From Octopus vulgaris (Eukaryota): DNA of 64,000 nt. Location of the stretch: the NCBI GenBank assembly GCA_951406725.2, contig OX597814.1:52576001-52640000 (forward strand). Reading direction: 5' to 3'. A model generated the notes under the pieces. It was not told where the DNA came from and ran no database searches. It saw only the letters and a program-made list of their open reading frames with translations. Below are positions 1 through 12,500 of the stretch, in pieces (positions within the stretch are counted from its first letter, which is position 1; each line of letters begins with the position of its first letter). Position numbers and translations under genes: made by a program.

Positions 1-1043
1 AATTTGGCATCATGTTGTTAACAAGCACCTACAGAAAAAGGGTTTACCTACCAAGGACATTCATGCTGACATGGTTGCTATATTAGGGGATGATGCTCAG
101 CATTATCAACAGGGTGAGTCTTGAAGATGACACAAGGTCTAGATATCCTACAACTGCCACTACTGAGGAAATCATTGATCGTATTCACCAAATAGTGATG
201 GATGACAGACGATTGGCTATAAATCAAATAGCCAATGCGATTAGCATATTTCTTGAGAGAGTTGAGAATATTCTGCACAATAAACTTGGCAAGACGAAGG
301 TTCTGTTCACTGGGTGCCATGTCTTCTGACACCTGGTCAAAAGTGCAGCAGCCTGATTACATTATGAGAAAATCTAACATTGTTTTAGGCAGATCCAGCT
401 GGTTTCCTTGAATGTTTCCTAACCTAGGATGAGTGTTGCATCACTTTGAGCTAGAGACAATACATGCCGTGGAAATACCCCTCCTCACCTGCTGCAAAGA
501 AGGTCAAAGTTGTTTCATCTGCTAGGAAAGTGATGGCCTCAGTTTTTGGGATGCAAAAGGCATTGTGTTTATGTACTATTTTCAAAAGGGCCATACTATC
601 AATGAAGAGTACAATGCCAACTTGTTGAGGTAGTTACAAAACGCTATCAAGACCAAACACCGAAGAAAAATGACAAAGGAGGTTTTGTTTCATCAAGACA
701 ATGCTCCAGTACAGCTTTCAACAGCTGTAGCGTGTGACTGGCATTGAACTGGTTGATCACCGTCCCTATTCTCCTGATTGGCCCCTTTTGACTATCATGT
801 TTCCCAAAATGAAAATGCACTTGGCTGGGAATCAGTATCGTGATGATGATGACGTCATATCTGTCTTTGATGACATCTTTGACCAACAGGATGAAAGCTT
901 CTTCACGTACGAGATCCAAGCATTGCATCACCGATGGAAGAAGTGTGTGGATCGCTAGGGGGTTATGTTGGAAAATAAATCTCATTTGGTTACATTCCAT
1001 GAGAGTATCTTGGTCAGCCTATGAACTTTTCAGCCGACCCTTG
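1..1043 (+). mobile_element. Degenerate mariner (DD34D) transposase remnant, 5' end outside window
   Basis: Frameshifted translation gives KVMASVF-WDAKGIVF, VLFHQDNAPV, IELVDHRPYSPD and RWKKCVDR. TIR-like end gaacttttcagccgacccttg at about 1023-1043. Confidence 0.85.
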
Positions 1044-1119
1044 TGTGAAACTAGTGCTCATTTACATCCATCGCACAATGTCAAGACAAGGGCACACATA
1101 CACAACTTTTTCATTAACT

Positions 1120-2262
1120 GACGGAGGTTGTTTGAGTTAGAATAACTCTTCCGTTATAACAACATTTCTTCCCGTTCTTTATTGCAGGCAAATAATGTTT
1201 CAATCAAAAACAATGTATCGTTATTGAATACTTGACGAAGGTGGGGTGCAGGCTATCCAACATCCACAGAAGGTTACAAGTTGTTTATGGAGGTGACATC
1301 AAAAGAGCTATGTGCACATATGGGTGAAGTTTAAAAAAGTGGAAACTGCCATTGAAGACAAACTACGCAACAGGAGACCATCAACTTCGGCTACTGATTG
1401 ACATGAATCGCTTATGAGTGAACGAAATAATTCACGCAGACAGAGGAGTCACAATTCGTGAGTTTGATGCAAGACTGCACTATGGTCATAACGCGTTACA
1501 GAAAATAGTATCGAAGACTCTAGTGTTGGAACCTGTGCAAAGTATACCTTAGTAGTTGACATCTCTTTTGAAGGAGAGAAGGGTAGATGTTTGTTCCGGT
1601 CTGTTGAACATACCAATGAAAACGAAGTGGCATACTTTGTAACCCAGATAATTCAGAAATGATGGCATAGTCGCTAAGATAGGGTCACATTTTTTCTCCA
1701 AAGCCTAAGAACTTCATGAGCCAGCGATCAACACAGAAGGTCATTGAAATTATTTTGGGGTATAATAAGGACATTATTCTCTTCGATGTTCTTGAATGTG
1801 GTTATTGTGAACTGAAAGTGGTACAGTGAGACTCAAAATTCTTAGAGAAGTCATTAGGAAGAAAGGACTGAACAAATATTTGAAAGCAATCCATATTTAT
1901 AATAATAATGCGCAACCACACACATCATTGATATCAAATCAGGCATTCGGTAAATTTGGTTGGTTAGTGGTCTTCCTCCGTCATACGGCCAGAATATGGC
2001 ACTTTACAATTCAACTGCTTGTTCAATTCAACGAAGCGTAGTTTTCTGAGATAATGATTTGATGGTACAGGTAGGTATACATGGTTGTGAAGGAGTACAA
2101 TAATGCACATTTGCGTTTTTTCTAAGAGATTGTGCAAAATTATCACTTATGATGGAGACCATGTTGAGCAGTACTTTTGTTACTCTACCATGATGTACAA
2201 TTTGAATGATTTATTATCAATTCATGAAAAATGTATGCTCACTTTTCAATTACTTTCAATAT
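1120..2262 (+). mobile_element. Second, highly decayed mariner transposase remnant
   Basis: N-terminal QKQCIVIEYLTKVG..NIHRRLQVVYG, a YNNNAQPHTS (HDNA-like) motif and a C-terminal DGDHVEQ. Many stops; ends are approximate. Confidence 0.65.
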
Positions 2263-3906
2263 GCCTATGGTATGTCTATGTATGCCAAAATTTACGGCCG
2301 GCTGGGCTTCATTTTCCGAAAGGGAGAAGAAAGGCAAAAAAATGGAGGGAAGAAAAATTGAAATTTTGAGGGTTTTTTTCCACATTCACGATCTCTGAGA
2401 TTTAAAACACAGAAGTCCAAAGAAATTGTCAAAAAATACCAGTAAAACAATCCTGAATGGGATGGTATGCATATATGCCCAAAACATCGCCTATTTCCCT
2501 TAATGAAGTCTTCTAAAAATACGAGCAGGGAATGGGGATGACAGCTGAATCTTCACGCTGTCACTCGACTTGCTTATAATAACGGTAAATTTTCTCTCAA
2601 GTCACACTCTAACATAAGATAACCGTCCTTGATATCTGCACGAAAAGGTAAGATGGAACGACTGTCTTGAAGGTTTTTTAAAAATTAAAAATTTTTTTTA
2701 TCACAGGTCTGTTCGTTCAGGGATGAGCTGGAGTCTGGACAACAATCTGGGATGCTACGAATGCATTTAACGCGTCCAAATATTACTAGATCAAATGAGC
2801 CAAAAAGGAACCTCTACCTGTTAGCTGTTTAATATTTCCTATAAGCTTACATTCTTAAAAAAAAAGAAAAGGAGTCTAAAATATACAAACAGAAATGTGA
2901 TAGTTAGGACGCTTCATAACTGACCTGGAGCTTAACAACTAGATCGATTTTACTTTGACGAAAGATGTGCTTCGATGTTATATTTTCTGCAAGGTCCTAA
3001 AACAGAGCTACTCACGAGCAGTTTTGTATCTTATATGTTGATGCAGGTCTAAATTATGTTTTCAAAAACTTTTTCCTTGGTCGGCAGACTTCTTGATTAA
3101 TCGAAGCTAATACTGATGCAAAAGGTTTTTGTCTGGTATTGATTGATGATTTAGGTGGACTCTAGTTAGGTTTCGATGCTTGTCTCTATCAAAGTGTATG
3201 GATCATTTAAGCTAAAAAAAAATCTTTTTGAGACAGCCAAAGAATGAGGTTAGTTCACAGATCTAAGACAAATCAGCTGAACTACCCAACTTCGACATCT
3301 GTTTCAAACTGGATTTATTTCATCTTTTTTTCATGGAGATATGTGCAAACTTCGGGATTTAAGGCTATAAAACAAGAAAAAGAATCTTTAAGTAATTTCA
3401 TTTAATTTTGCTGAAAAGACTGTTCAAAAGTTAGATTATTTAAAGCTGTTCGTTGTTGCTGATAACTTTTTTTAATCTTGTTCTTTGCTCTGATTACAAT
3501 TATCATGGCCTTTCATCTGTACTGTGTACCGAGTTAAAGTCTTATCAGGCATTTGTCAACGGACCACAGGTTAAAAAAAGCGAAATATAGAACTGGAAAC
3601 GAGCTAATGAATGCATATCAATACCCTTACCCCCAAAGAACAGTAACAAGGAAATGGAGATAGAAACTTAATCAAAGCCACTGCTTCACAAAAGTTCAGT
3701 TGCCAGCAGTTTAATCAACACTTTAACTTCATTAGAAGACTTAGTTTCCCGCCTACCGTCAATATATTTATCCCGCTGGGATTAAAAATCCTTTTTTTTT
3801 CTCACGAGAGCTCTCTTATTGTTCTTTCTCTGGATTATTACTCCCACCTTTTTTTTTGTTTATCTTCATTAGCCATTTGAAAACGATTTAAGTTTAGTTT
3901 TCAATT

Positions 3907-3981
3907 ATGAGAGGAGGTGCTGAGTATGCTGGCTACTTGGACATCAAGTTACCTGCAAAGAGCCGAACAAAGCGTACTAAG
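3907..3981 (+). CDS. Dok/IRS-family docking protein, coding exon 1 (start of PH domain)
   Basis: ATG at 3907 reads MRGGAEYAGYLDIKLPAKSRTKRTK (PH beta1 GYL motif plus basic loop). Donor AAG|GTATGT at 3982, phase 0, joins in frame to AWVHRWIVL of exon 2. Confidence 0.8.
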
Positions 3982-4823
3982 GTATGTTTGATTAGTTTAA
4001 TATTTCAGTATCATTTTATTGTAATAATAATCATTAATCCTTACAGAATGCATTCACGAGCTATAATTGTTTTCACTGAATTTCAATGTATTGCTATGGT
4101 CAAACTATACTAGTTGCATTACTCAGTATCAGATTGTTTGACAACTGATGGAAGACTTTTTCTAGATAATTTATTTTGCGTAGGAAAGGGTCCGATTTCT
4201 CTGTGGAGCCGAAGGATTATCATGTTTTAAATTAAGGTATTTTTGTTTACTTCTTAAACATGTCCAAAATTGGCGAAAAAAGAATTATATGGATTAAAAT
4301 CTATTTTGTCTTCTCGTTAAAGGAGGAGTGTAAAAAAACAAAACATTATTATTGTGTGTGTGTGTAGTATTTGCTAGTTTGAGAACCACAGGCTTAAAGA
4401 TTTTTTTGTTGGTGCGACCCAACTTCTTAACATTATTTTATTCTTTTACTTGTTTCAATTATTGGATTGCGGTTGTGCTGGGGAACCGCCTCGAATATTT
4501 AAGGCTTAGGGGTACTTATTTTAAGTCCAATATTTTATCAGTGTCTCTTTGCCGAACCGCAAAGAGAACGTTAGGAAGACGTTAACAAATCAACGCTAGT
4601 TAAGCAGTGAGACACATACACATCTATCTATCTCTCTCTATATGGGAAAGTGGGCGTTAAAACTATATATATATATATATATAATTAAGATTCAGTTGAA
4701 TTAGGTAATTAAATAGAGGCACCAAGCCAGTTCAGCATAGTCCGTGTAGCTCTAAGTTAGGTGAACAAAATGCAAGGATATCCTTGTTATTTATTTGTTT
4801 GTTTGTATGTATGTATCAATCAA

Positions 4824-5803
4824 TCAGGTTGGTGCAAAAGTAATGTCCGATTTAAAGATCTAACGTAAAAATGAATAAGCCATGGAAATATTTATTCATT
4901 AACATACTCTCCATTGCTTTCAAAGACGTCATTCCATCTTTCAACAACCGTATAAATGCCTCGCTTGTAAAATTCTGCAGGTTTAGAACCAAAATATGAA
5001 TCCAACTAATTTTCAATCTCTTCTCTTGTTGTTAACCTAAGTCCATCAAAATGGTTCTGTAGTACTCGGAACAAATGGTAATCAGGAGCAAGGTTCGGAG
5101 AATATGGAGGATCTTTTCACAGATCCATTGTTTGGTTGTTGTTCAACAGTTCATAACGGATTGCTCCTTTAATATCCCACCATACACTCAATATGATCGT
5201 CTTTGGACGAAGTCCTGCTCTCGGTTGCTGAACTGGCCGTCCTCCTCAACTGAGCCTAGAGCGACGGCGTTTAACATTATTGTAAAGAATCCACTTTTCA
5301 TCACCTGTAACAAGCCAGTCTAAAAATGTTGCTTGAAAGTGTCACGAAAGCAATGATTGACAATAAACAGTACGCCGTTGTCGATACTCGGGAAACAGCT
5401 CGTGAGGGATCCATTTTCCAGCCACTGAAACCTTTCCAATGTGTTTTAGTTGGTGTACCATTGTTGTATGGGCCATGTTTAACTGTTCTGCAAGTTCCTT
5501 AGCAGTACAAGAGCTTCCACTATTACGGAATCAAGTTTTTTTTGGACGACCCTCTTTTGGCTCTTCTTTCAAAGTGAAATCATCACTTCGGAAACGGGAA
5601 AACCATCTCCTGCAACTTCTTATGTGATCTTTAGATAGGACAAACATGGTCGTAAAATTTTCTGAGAATTATGTCTAGAAGTTAGATAATCTGAAAGAAA
5701 ATAGTACAAATTAGACACCTCTTTAAGAAGAGGTTAAAAAATTGATCAATTTGCTATGAAATATTTTTTCTAGAAATCGGACATTACTTTTGCACCAACC
5801 TGA
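4824..5803 (-). mobile_element. Internally deleted mariner element with perfect 30-bp TIRs
   Basis: TIR tcaggttggtgcaaaagtaatgtccgattt (4824-4853) has its exact reverse complement at 5774-5803, followed by TA. Minus strand gives VTGDEKWILYNN, LSVWWDIKG, PPYSPNLAP.DYHLF and NGEYVNE*. Confidence 0.93.
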
Positions 5804-6394
5804 TATATATATATATATATATAAAACAAGCTGTTACACGGTTTGTGTCAACGAAGTTCAATTACAAGGCATTGGTCAGCCCTGAACTAAGGTACTTGTC
5901 TAAGGTGAGCTCAGTGGGACTGAACTCAAAATGACGTAGTTGTGAGACGAACTTCTTAACCACACAATTATGCCTACACTTGTGCTTAGAATTTTTTTTT
6001 GTTACGTACTGTTTTAGTTGAGTTTCGGATCATTATTGCCAATGATACGTTGTGTGCGTACATTGTGTTGAAGTCATAACAATCTCAAGTGTGTCGTAAT
6101 ATTACCTGGAGATACTCAATGTAAAACGACAGTTTCTAAAATGTGTATTTCCTATGCCCCTTAAATGCCAGAATACACTTGTAAATTCCCTGAACCCAAT
6201 TTAGGATGCTGCGTTTGTAAACATTACGATGACAGTGTGTATACATCCTTCTACGCCGGCGTCAAGTAGACAACTGATGCTTAGTTAAATAGCAAATAAT
6301 GAAGGAGAGCTTCTAACAGTATGAAAAAAGGGTAAATTAAAGTAACCTTTATTTATTTCAGGCACAGAGGCCCATTATACGAAACGAACAGTTC

Positions 6395-6530
6395 AGAAAT
6401 ATGAGTTTATGTAGATCCTGTCATTTTGTTAGCCGAACGGGCAGTGATCCAGCTTTGTCTAGTGCAACAAAGCAGAGTCGTTGTCCGTTCTACAATCAAA
6501 ATGACAGAATCTACATAAACTCTTATTTCT
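6395..6530. repeat. 136-nt imperfect fold-back hairpin in intron 1
   Basis: gagtttatgtagatcctgtcattttg pairs with caaaatgacagaatctacataaactc; gaacgggcagtgat with gtcgttgtccgttc; gctttgt with acaaagc. Confidence 0.85.
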
Positions 6531-8099
6531 ATTATTTGTTGTTTTACTTCTGCATCACAATGCTTTAAGCAAACTACAAAGCTCCTCTGGATGCATAGCT
6601 GTATGCGGGGCCATGTTTGTCAAGCTTCCTATTTGTCGTTGTTTAGAACTGATGTTTGTCTTACTCCTTCGAAAACCATTATTTTCTAGAAATGCTTAGC
6701 TCATTAAATGCTATGAATTAGAATAGGTATTTCCATAAACACCATTCTCTGGAAAGCAGCCGCAAACCCCTTAACGAAAACCACTTTCTATCATTAAAAT
6801 AACCCCTACATTTTTCTATTAAATAATTTGCCTTATTTTGCCCCAGGGAAAAAAAAAAATCCCTACACCTTTCAATGTAACCGATTTCGATGCGGTGAGT
6901 TGCGTCCCTTTAACCTTCGAAGTTTGATGCTGAGACTCCCCCCTAAGTAAAACGAGGTGACTGTGGTGTAAAGTGACAGAGAGAAAGAGAGAGAGAGAGC
7001 AAGCAAAAATTACCACTAAACAAGCTACCGTGTTTTGTTAGTGGACAATGCAAGACAATATATATATATACTAAAAACAAAACAATCAAAATTAGCGGTT
7101 TTTATTTCCCCTCTCTATGTAACCTTCAGTTATAAAACCCAGTCAGCGTAGCGAATACATCAAGTGACAATTGTTAATTCAGTTACCAAGCTGAGAATTG
7201 GCTAGATAGGTACGTAAGACAAAAAGGGTGGGTGGGTGAATGTTTTTTGTTACAGCACTGAATATAAAGTTTTTAGTAAAGAAAACGTCAATATGAAATC
7301 GGTCAATCTTTAAAATGAACTGTACTAGAGATTTTCCAGATGTGTTTAACTTGATTTCACTGAAGCTTCCCTCCAATTTTAATAATAGGTTTATATCATC
7401 ATATTATGCAGTTGAAACAACAGTATGATTTTTGAACTGCATGAAATTGGAAACATAGATGAGATAACTGTCTTTTAACATGTCAGAGAACAGAACACTA
7501 CATAAAAAGGATGTAAATCTATGTTAGAACACCAAGACACAGGAGATGAAACTGTCCACAAAATATTTTATTGCAGTTTTGTGTTGCTTAGCTGATGGAA
7601 CAAACTACACCCCATGGTTATTGTTAAAAGAAAGGTAATTAAAGAGTGAAAATTTTCTTTCTGGAATTATTGTTCAATGCTACTCTAAAAGCTGTATTGA
7701 TGTTGAAGGCATAAATAGATCTATAGCTGAGAAAAGCATGGAATAATCAACATGAAGCATTTTAAAAGAAACCTGCAGTGACAATATGGGATTATTTAAA
7801 ACTCATCTTATTGAGTCAGTGAAACACATTAAATATTTAAAAACTCATGAAGCTAGTTAAAGATGAATTTATGATACACTGGTTATCATGGGTGTTATCT
7901 GATGAAGTAGAAAAGCAGGAGGTAACCAAAAAAATTTGGTGAAAATAGCTTAGAATGCTTTACCTGAGCATATGGTTTCCAAGAGGTTTTTAATGACCGG
8001 CACTGGTTATAAGTTGAATGGATAATCAATTTAATAATGGATAAATTGAATGGATAATCTGTTGTAGAATAATTAGAATGTAATTAATGACACCACTAT

Positions 8100-8335
8100 G
8101 TGGAGGCATGTGATTTAGTGGTTAGGGTATTGTACTTTTGATTGTAAGATTGTGGTTTCAATTCCTGGACAGGGTGATACATTGTGTTTGCAAGCAAAAC
8201 ATTTCATTTCATGTTGCTCTAGTCCACTCAGTTGGCAAAAATGAGTGATCCTGTGATGGACTGGCATCCCATCCAGGGTAAAATGTATATGTCACAGAAT
8301 CTGTGAAACTGGACTTATGAGCCTATGGCTTGGAA
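8100..8335 (+). mobile_element. tRNA-derived SINE with V-domain-like segment
   Basis: A-box-like tgatttagtggttag and B-box-like ggtttcaattcc, then cctgtgatggactggcatcccatccaggg. The 5' part is shared with copies at about 40243 and 45595. Confidence 0.6.
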
Positions 8336-8404
8336 AGAACCAATGATCCTCTTTTGAAAGACGCCACTGCAAGTTTAGATAAAGTTGGATGATGAAATGA
8401 TAGA

Positions 8405-8564
8405 CAGGGGCAGATCCAAGGAGGTGGGGGCTAAGGAGCACGTGCCCTCCCACATCAAGAAAAGTGCACCTTTCTAAATAATGTTATTATACCTTTTTCT
8501 CCTGGAATTGTATTCCCTTCTGACCTTGTGCCCATCCTTCTAAAAATTCCTGGGACCGTGCCTG
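8405..8564. mobile_element. Short MITE with GC-rich degenerate TIRs
   Basis: Begins caggggcagatccaagga and ends tcctgggaccgtgcctg; no clear TSD. Confidence 0.45.
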
Positions 8565-9063
8565 ATAGGATGGGACATAGATGAAATGTTAAATCAAGAA
8601 GAATGGTTGGAGATATTTAGAAAATTAGATAATGAATCAGACTTTGATAATAAGCTCATTTTATGAGCAATGACCATTATAAATTCATGCTATAGCCTTC
8701 ATTCAAAAGTTATTGAATAAAGTCAGGAACCAAGCCAGTTTTAGTATTTATATTTAATTTTGTTTTTTAAAATTTGCAGTGATATTAAATTAGCTTCTTA
8801 AAAATTTATTCTGGAGTTACATTACATAAGAGGATAAAATATATGACATTTATAGTTACAAAAAGTAGGCTATTCTATATTTTTGGGATGAGGAATTATG
8901 TATGGATAGGTATCCTCACTTTGTTGTTATCACATTTCGGCTGATGTACTCTCCAGCCTTTATGCAGTGTTCTGGTGGAATTTTGAACCCAATCTTTTAT
9001 TTGACTGTTCTCATTCCTAAGGTATGTTGCTGATGTTATTTTTCTTTTGATATTATTTTTCTA

Positions 9064-9135
9064 GTCCCTGCCTGGGATTGAACTTAGAATCTGAGGGTTA
9101 GTAGCCTGTGCTCCTATCCACTACACTATATGCCT
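9064..9135 (-). other. tRNA-like (Pol III A/B box) segment inside the Penelope fragment
   Basis: Reverse complement is ggcatatagtgtagtggataggagcacaggctactaaccctcagattctaagttcaatcccaggcagggac, with an A box, an anticodon-like loop CT-ACT-AA and a B-box-like gttcaatcc. Stems are decayed. Confidence 0.6.
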
Positions 9136-9558
9136 GTGTTCAATTATAAAGTGAATTTTAGGGCTTATAAACCTAGTATTTTATCTTTTCTTAATACTGG
9201 TTCCCATATTACATTCATATCTGTACTAGGTCTGCTTAGGAGGTTATTGTCTTAGTATATGTGCAGCCTCTTTTAATTTTCGTATTTTCCAGTGGTGTTC
9301 TCTGTTGATTATTTTAACTTCATCCCACAGCAGGAGATGGTCCCCATTTTTCCATCCATGATTGGCTATACCCTATTTTTCAACATTCCCCTCATGTCAC
9401 AGCTTTACAATGTTCCTCTATTCTTACTTTAAGGGGACAGCATGTTTTGCCTTTGTATAACCTACCACAACTGCATGGGATAGAGTACACACAATTTTTG
9501 GTCATATTCTCTTCTATGGGTCAAATAAAGGATTGGGTTTGAAATTCCACCAGAACAC

Positions 9559-9596
9559 CTGATGAAGGCTGGTGAGTACATAGCTGAAATGTTGTG
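9559..9596 (+). ncRNA. Hammerhead-ribozyme-like motif in pLTR (decayed)
   Basis: CUGAUGA-A-GGCUG...UAGCU-GAAA-UGUUGUG; the mirror copy at about 8931-8965 retains CAGCC-GAAA. Confidence 0.6.
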
Positions 9597-12500
9597 ATAA
9601 CAACAAACAAGGTGAGGACACCTGTCTGCCCACTGTAAAAGTAGGCTCACTTTATATTTGTGATCTTATTGCAGTCAAGAAAATAAGGCAATACCCATTC
9701 ATGGGTATTTCATTATCTCACTGTTTAGAGTTCATATCCATTCAGAAATCAATAACAATTATCAATCCACTGTACCCTTCACCTTAAATAGTGTTATAGG
9801 CATGTATCTGGTCTTACTTTTATTTATAATATTCAAACACTTACATATCTTACCTTTGAAAAGGAGTTTCTTCTTTTCTAATCTCTATATAACAATATAT
9901 AATAATAGCTGATAATAAATAGCAATAATATAATATATATAAATTATAATAATAAATGTTAGTTGGTTGGTTGATTGATTTCTCCATACAATCTTTAAAT
10001 GTGTGTGTGTGAGAGAGAGAGAGTAAACAACTTGATTAAATAATCCCCATTTTTTTTCAATCCTTTTTTCATCATTGTTTAATATTTGCCTTCCATGCTG
10101 GCATGGGCAGGACGGTTTTACAGGAGCTGGCCAGGTAGAAGCCTGCACCAGACTTCTGTGACTGTTTTGGCAGGATTTTTACAGCTAGATGCCCTTCCTA
10201 ACACCAACCACTCAACCACTCAACCACTCAAGAAATGCTTATTGTTATGTATTAGAAGTAGCAGTTATATTTTTCTAAAATTATACTCTGTTATCTTAAA
10301 AACAATGAAGGACATAATGGATAGTGTAGGAAAAATAGCTTTGTTTGGCAAGAACAATTTAAAGAAGGAAAGCAAAAACGAGATATATGACAATCAACAG
10401 AAAATGATGGTCATTAGTCACATTCTAAAAAAACAGCAACAAAAACCCCAGATGTACAACACTTTTATTTTAATCACAATGAATTGTTATCTTATTCTGC
10501 TCACCTGCTTTACATGAAGAATCGTTACCCTAGTGAATATAATTTGTATAATCAGATAACACACATACATGCCTGCATGCATATTTAATGTGCATATTTC
10601 ATCCTGTATAGCTCAGAGGGCTTGACACGATTTGATGAATCTAAGACCACATCATGTTTCAATGTCTGCTTTGGGATGGTTTCTACAGTTCGATACCCTT
10701 CCTAATGCCAACCACTTTACTTTTCATGGCACTAGTGAGGTTGCCATGGAAACTGGGAGACTAAGATCCCCTTCAAATAAGTGGAGGCTATTATATAAAG
10801 AGAGGTAGTTTTATGCTATTAGAAAAGGAGCTTAAGTGTGAAAGAAGGGGCTAGAAAAGAACAGGTTTCTTGTTGTAGAGGATCTTCATAGTCACTCACA
10901 TTTTGGATATGCGCCTTTATACTTGCTCCATATATGACATACAAGGCGATATAATTAAATTTTGCATTTAGATGGTTAATGGTAAGTGTAATCAACCAGG
11001 ATTACCAAGTTAAAACCTAACTTCCAAGCCAAACGATATATAAAAAACAAAAATAAAAAGCCAAACATTTAATATGGTGCAATATTACATCAGTTTCATT
11101 ATCGTCATCATTTGACATCTGTTTGACATGGAGGTGAGATGTTCTATAAGTGTGTGATGGGAGATGGTTTGAGATAGGGAAATGTAACTGTAGCAAGTGA
11201 TAAGAATAGCTCAGGGGGTGGGGGAGTAGGTACGGTGGTAGATATGTGAAGGCATTGAGGGTGACATAAACATGGGTGGAGGAAGAATGTGTTGGGAAGA
11301 TGGGTTGGCAGATGCATCCATTCATACATACATATATGTATTTCATACATACATAATATATACTTGCGGATATACAAACATATTACATACATACATTCAT
11401 GTATATATATATGTATGTACATGCATAAGATAGCCTAGACTTGCATGTATCTTAAAATATGCTTGAAATACCTTTTATGAGCACTAATGTCTCAGCTCAA
11501 TAAAGATTAACCAGAGACCTAGCAACAACAATACTATTACCACCACTATCAACAATAACACAACCACCACTATCACTGCCAACATCACTAACATCATCAA
11601 TGCCAAACACTATCACCACAATCCCTGCTACTACCACTATCACTAACATTAACACAACCTATGTTACCAACATTGAATACACAGTTGATACCACTATCAT
11701 CAACTCCACCACCAAGATAACTATAGTTAACACCAACACCAAACAACCAACACCACTGGCATCAATGCAACTACTCCTGTCAATTTTCCAACTTTTTGAT
11801 TAGAAACAACAGCAAGAGTTGCAAATAGCATGAACCAAGTGTCAGTGTATCTATGGTAGTTGTCTTTCAAATGTATAGTGTATTTCATAATATAATTGGA
11901 TCAGGGCTCTGATGTTTGTAGTGGAGTTTTTGTTTTATGGTTTAGGCAGGGTTGCCAGAATAAAACCTAATTGTTAATCCAAACAATTCATGAAAAACAG
12001 CACTACCCATCAAAGCCAATCATATCAGAATATGTTTCTGATATTTATGCCATATGAAAAGTTCTCTATTATCTGCAAGACGTATCAGTCATCCTCCTTG
12101 GAATAAGTAATCTCCTGCGTAGATATTATGAGATATGAAATCTTTTAATATTTTTGAGATGGAGAAAAAGGCAGTGAGGAATTGTTAGCACACCAGGCAA
12201 AATGTTTAGTAGTATTTGGGCTTTCATTCTTTCAGGGTTGATAAAATAAGTACCAGTTGAGGGCTGGGGGAAAATGTAGTTGACTTATCCTCTCCCCTGA
12301 ATTTGCTGGCCTTGTACCAAAGTTTGAAATTGATATTTTTTTTAGATGGAGCAAAGTCCTTACAACATCTTAAATAAAAGGACATATGAGATAATTGTAG
12401 CCCTAGACCTAAGAGATGGTTGAAAAGCCATAGACCATAGGATCTTCAGGTCAATACGACCATCTGCACCATAAACAATAAATAGCATGACTACTATCAC

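Larger units (their letters stand above)
7420..8670 (+). mobile_element. Decayed pogo/Tigger-type (DDE_1) transposase, interrupted by a SINE and a MITE
   Basis: Frameshifted fragments IGNIDE..FNMSENRT, FIAVLCCLADGT..PMVIVKRK and WDYLKTHLIESVK; acidic C-terminus near 8580-8650. Confidence 0.6.
8905..9626 (-). mobile_element. Penelope-like element 3' fragment (GIY-YIG) flanked by inverted pLTR copies
   Basis: Minus strand 9519-9250 gives KNCVYSIPCSCGRLYKGKTCCPLKVRIEEH...WDEVKIINREHHWKIRKLKEAAHI. About 100-bp inverted arms at 8905-9005 and 9520-9626. Confidence 0.88.

Noticed and set aside
3982-4113. Continuation of ORF 3907-4113
   Set aside because: Read-through past the GTATGT donor into AT-rich intron.
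9064-9135. Functional tRNA gene
   Set aside because: Acceptor, anticodon and T stems do not pair properly; it lies within a retroelement.
11520-11803. Thr-rich mucin-like ORF
   Set aside because: Degenerate (ACC/AAC)n low-complexity tract, like 12490-12620, 37710-37900 and 61923-62123.
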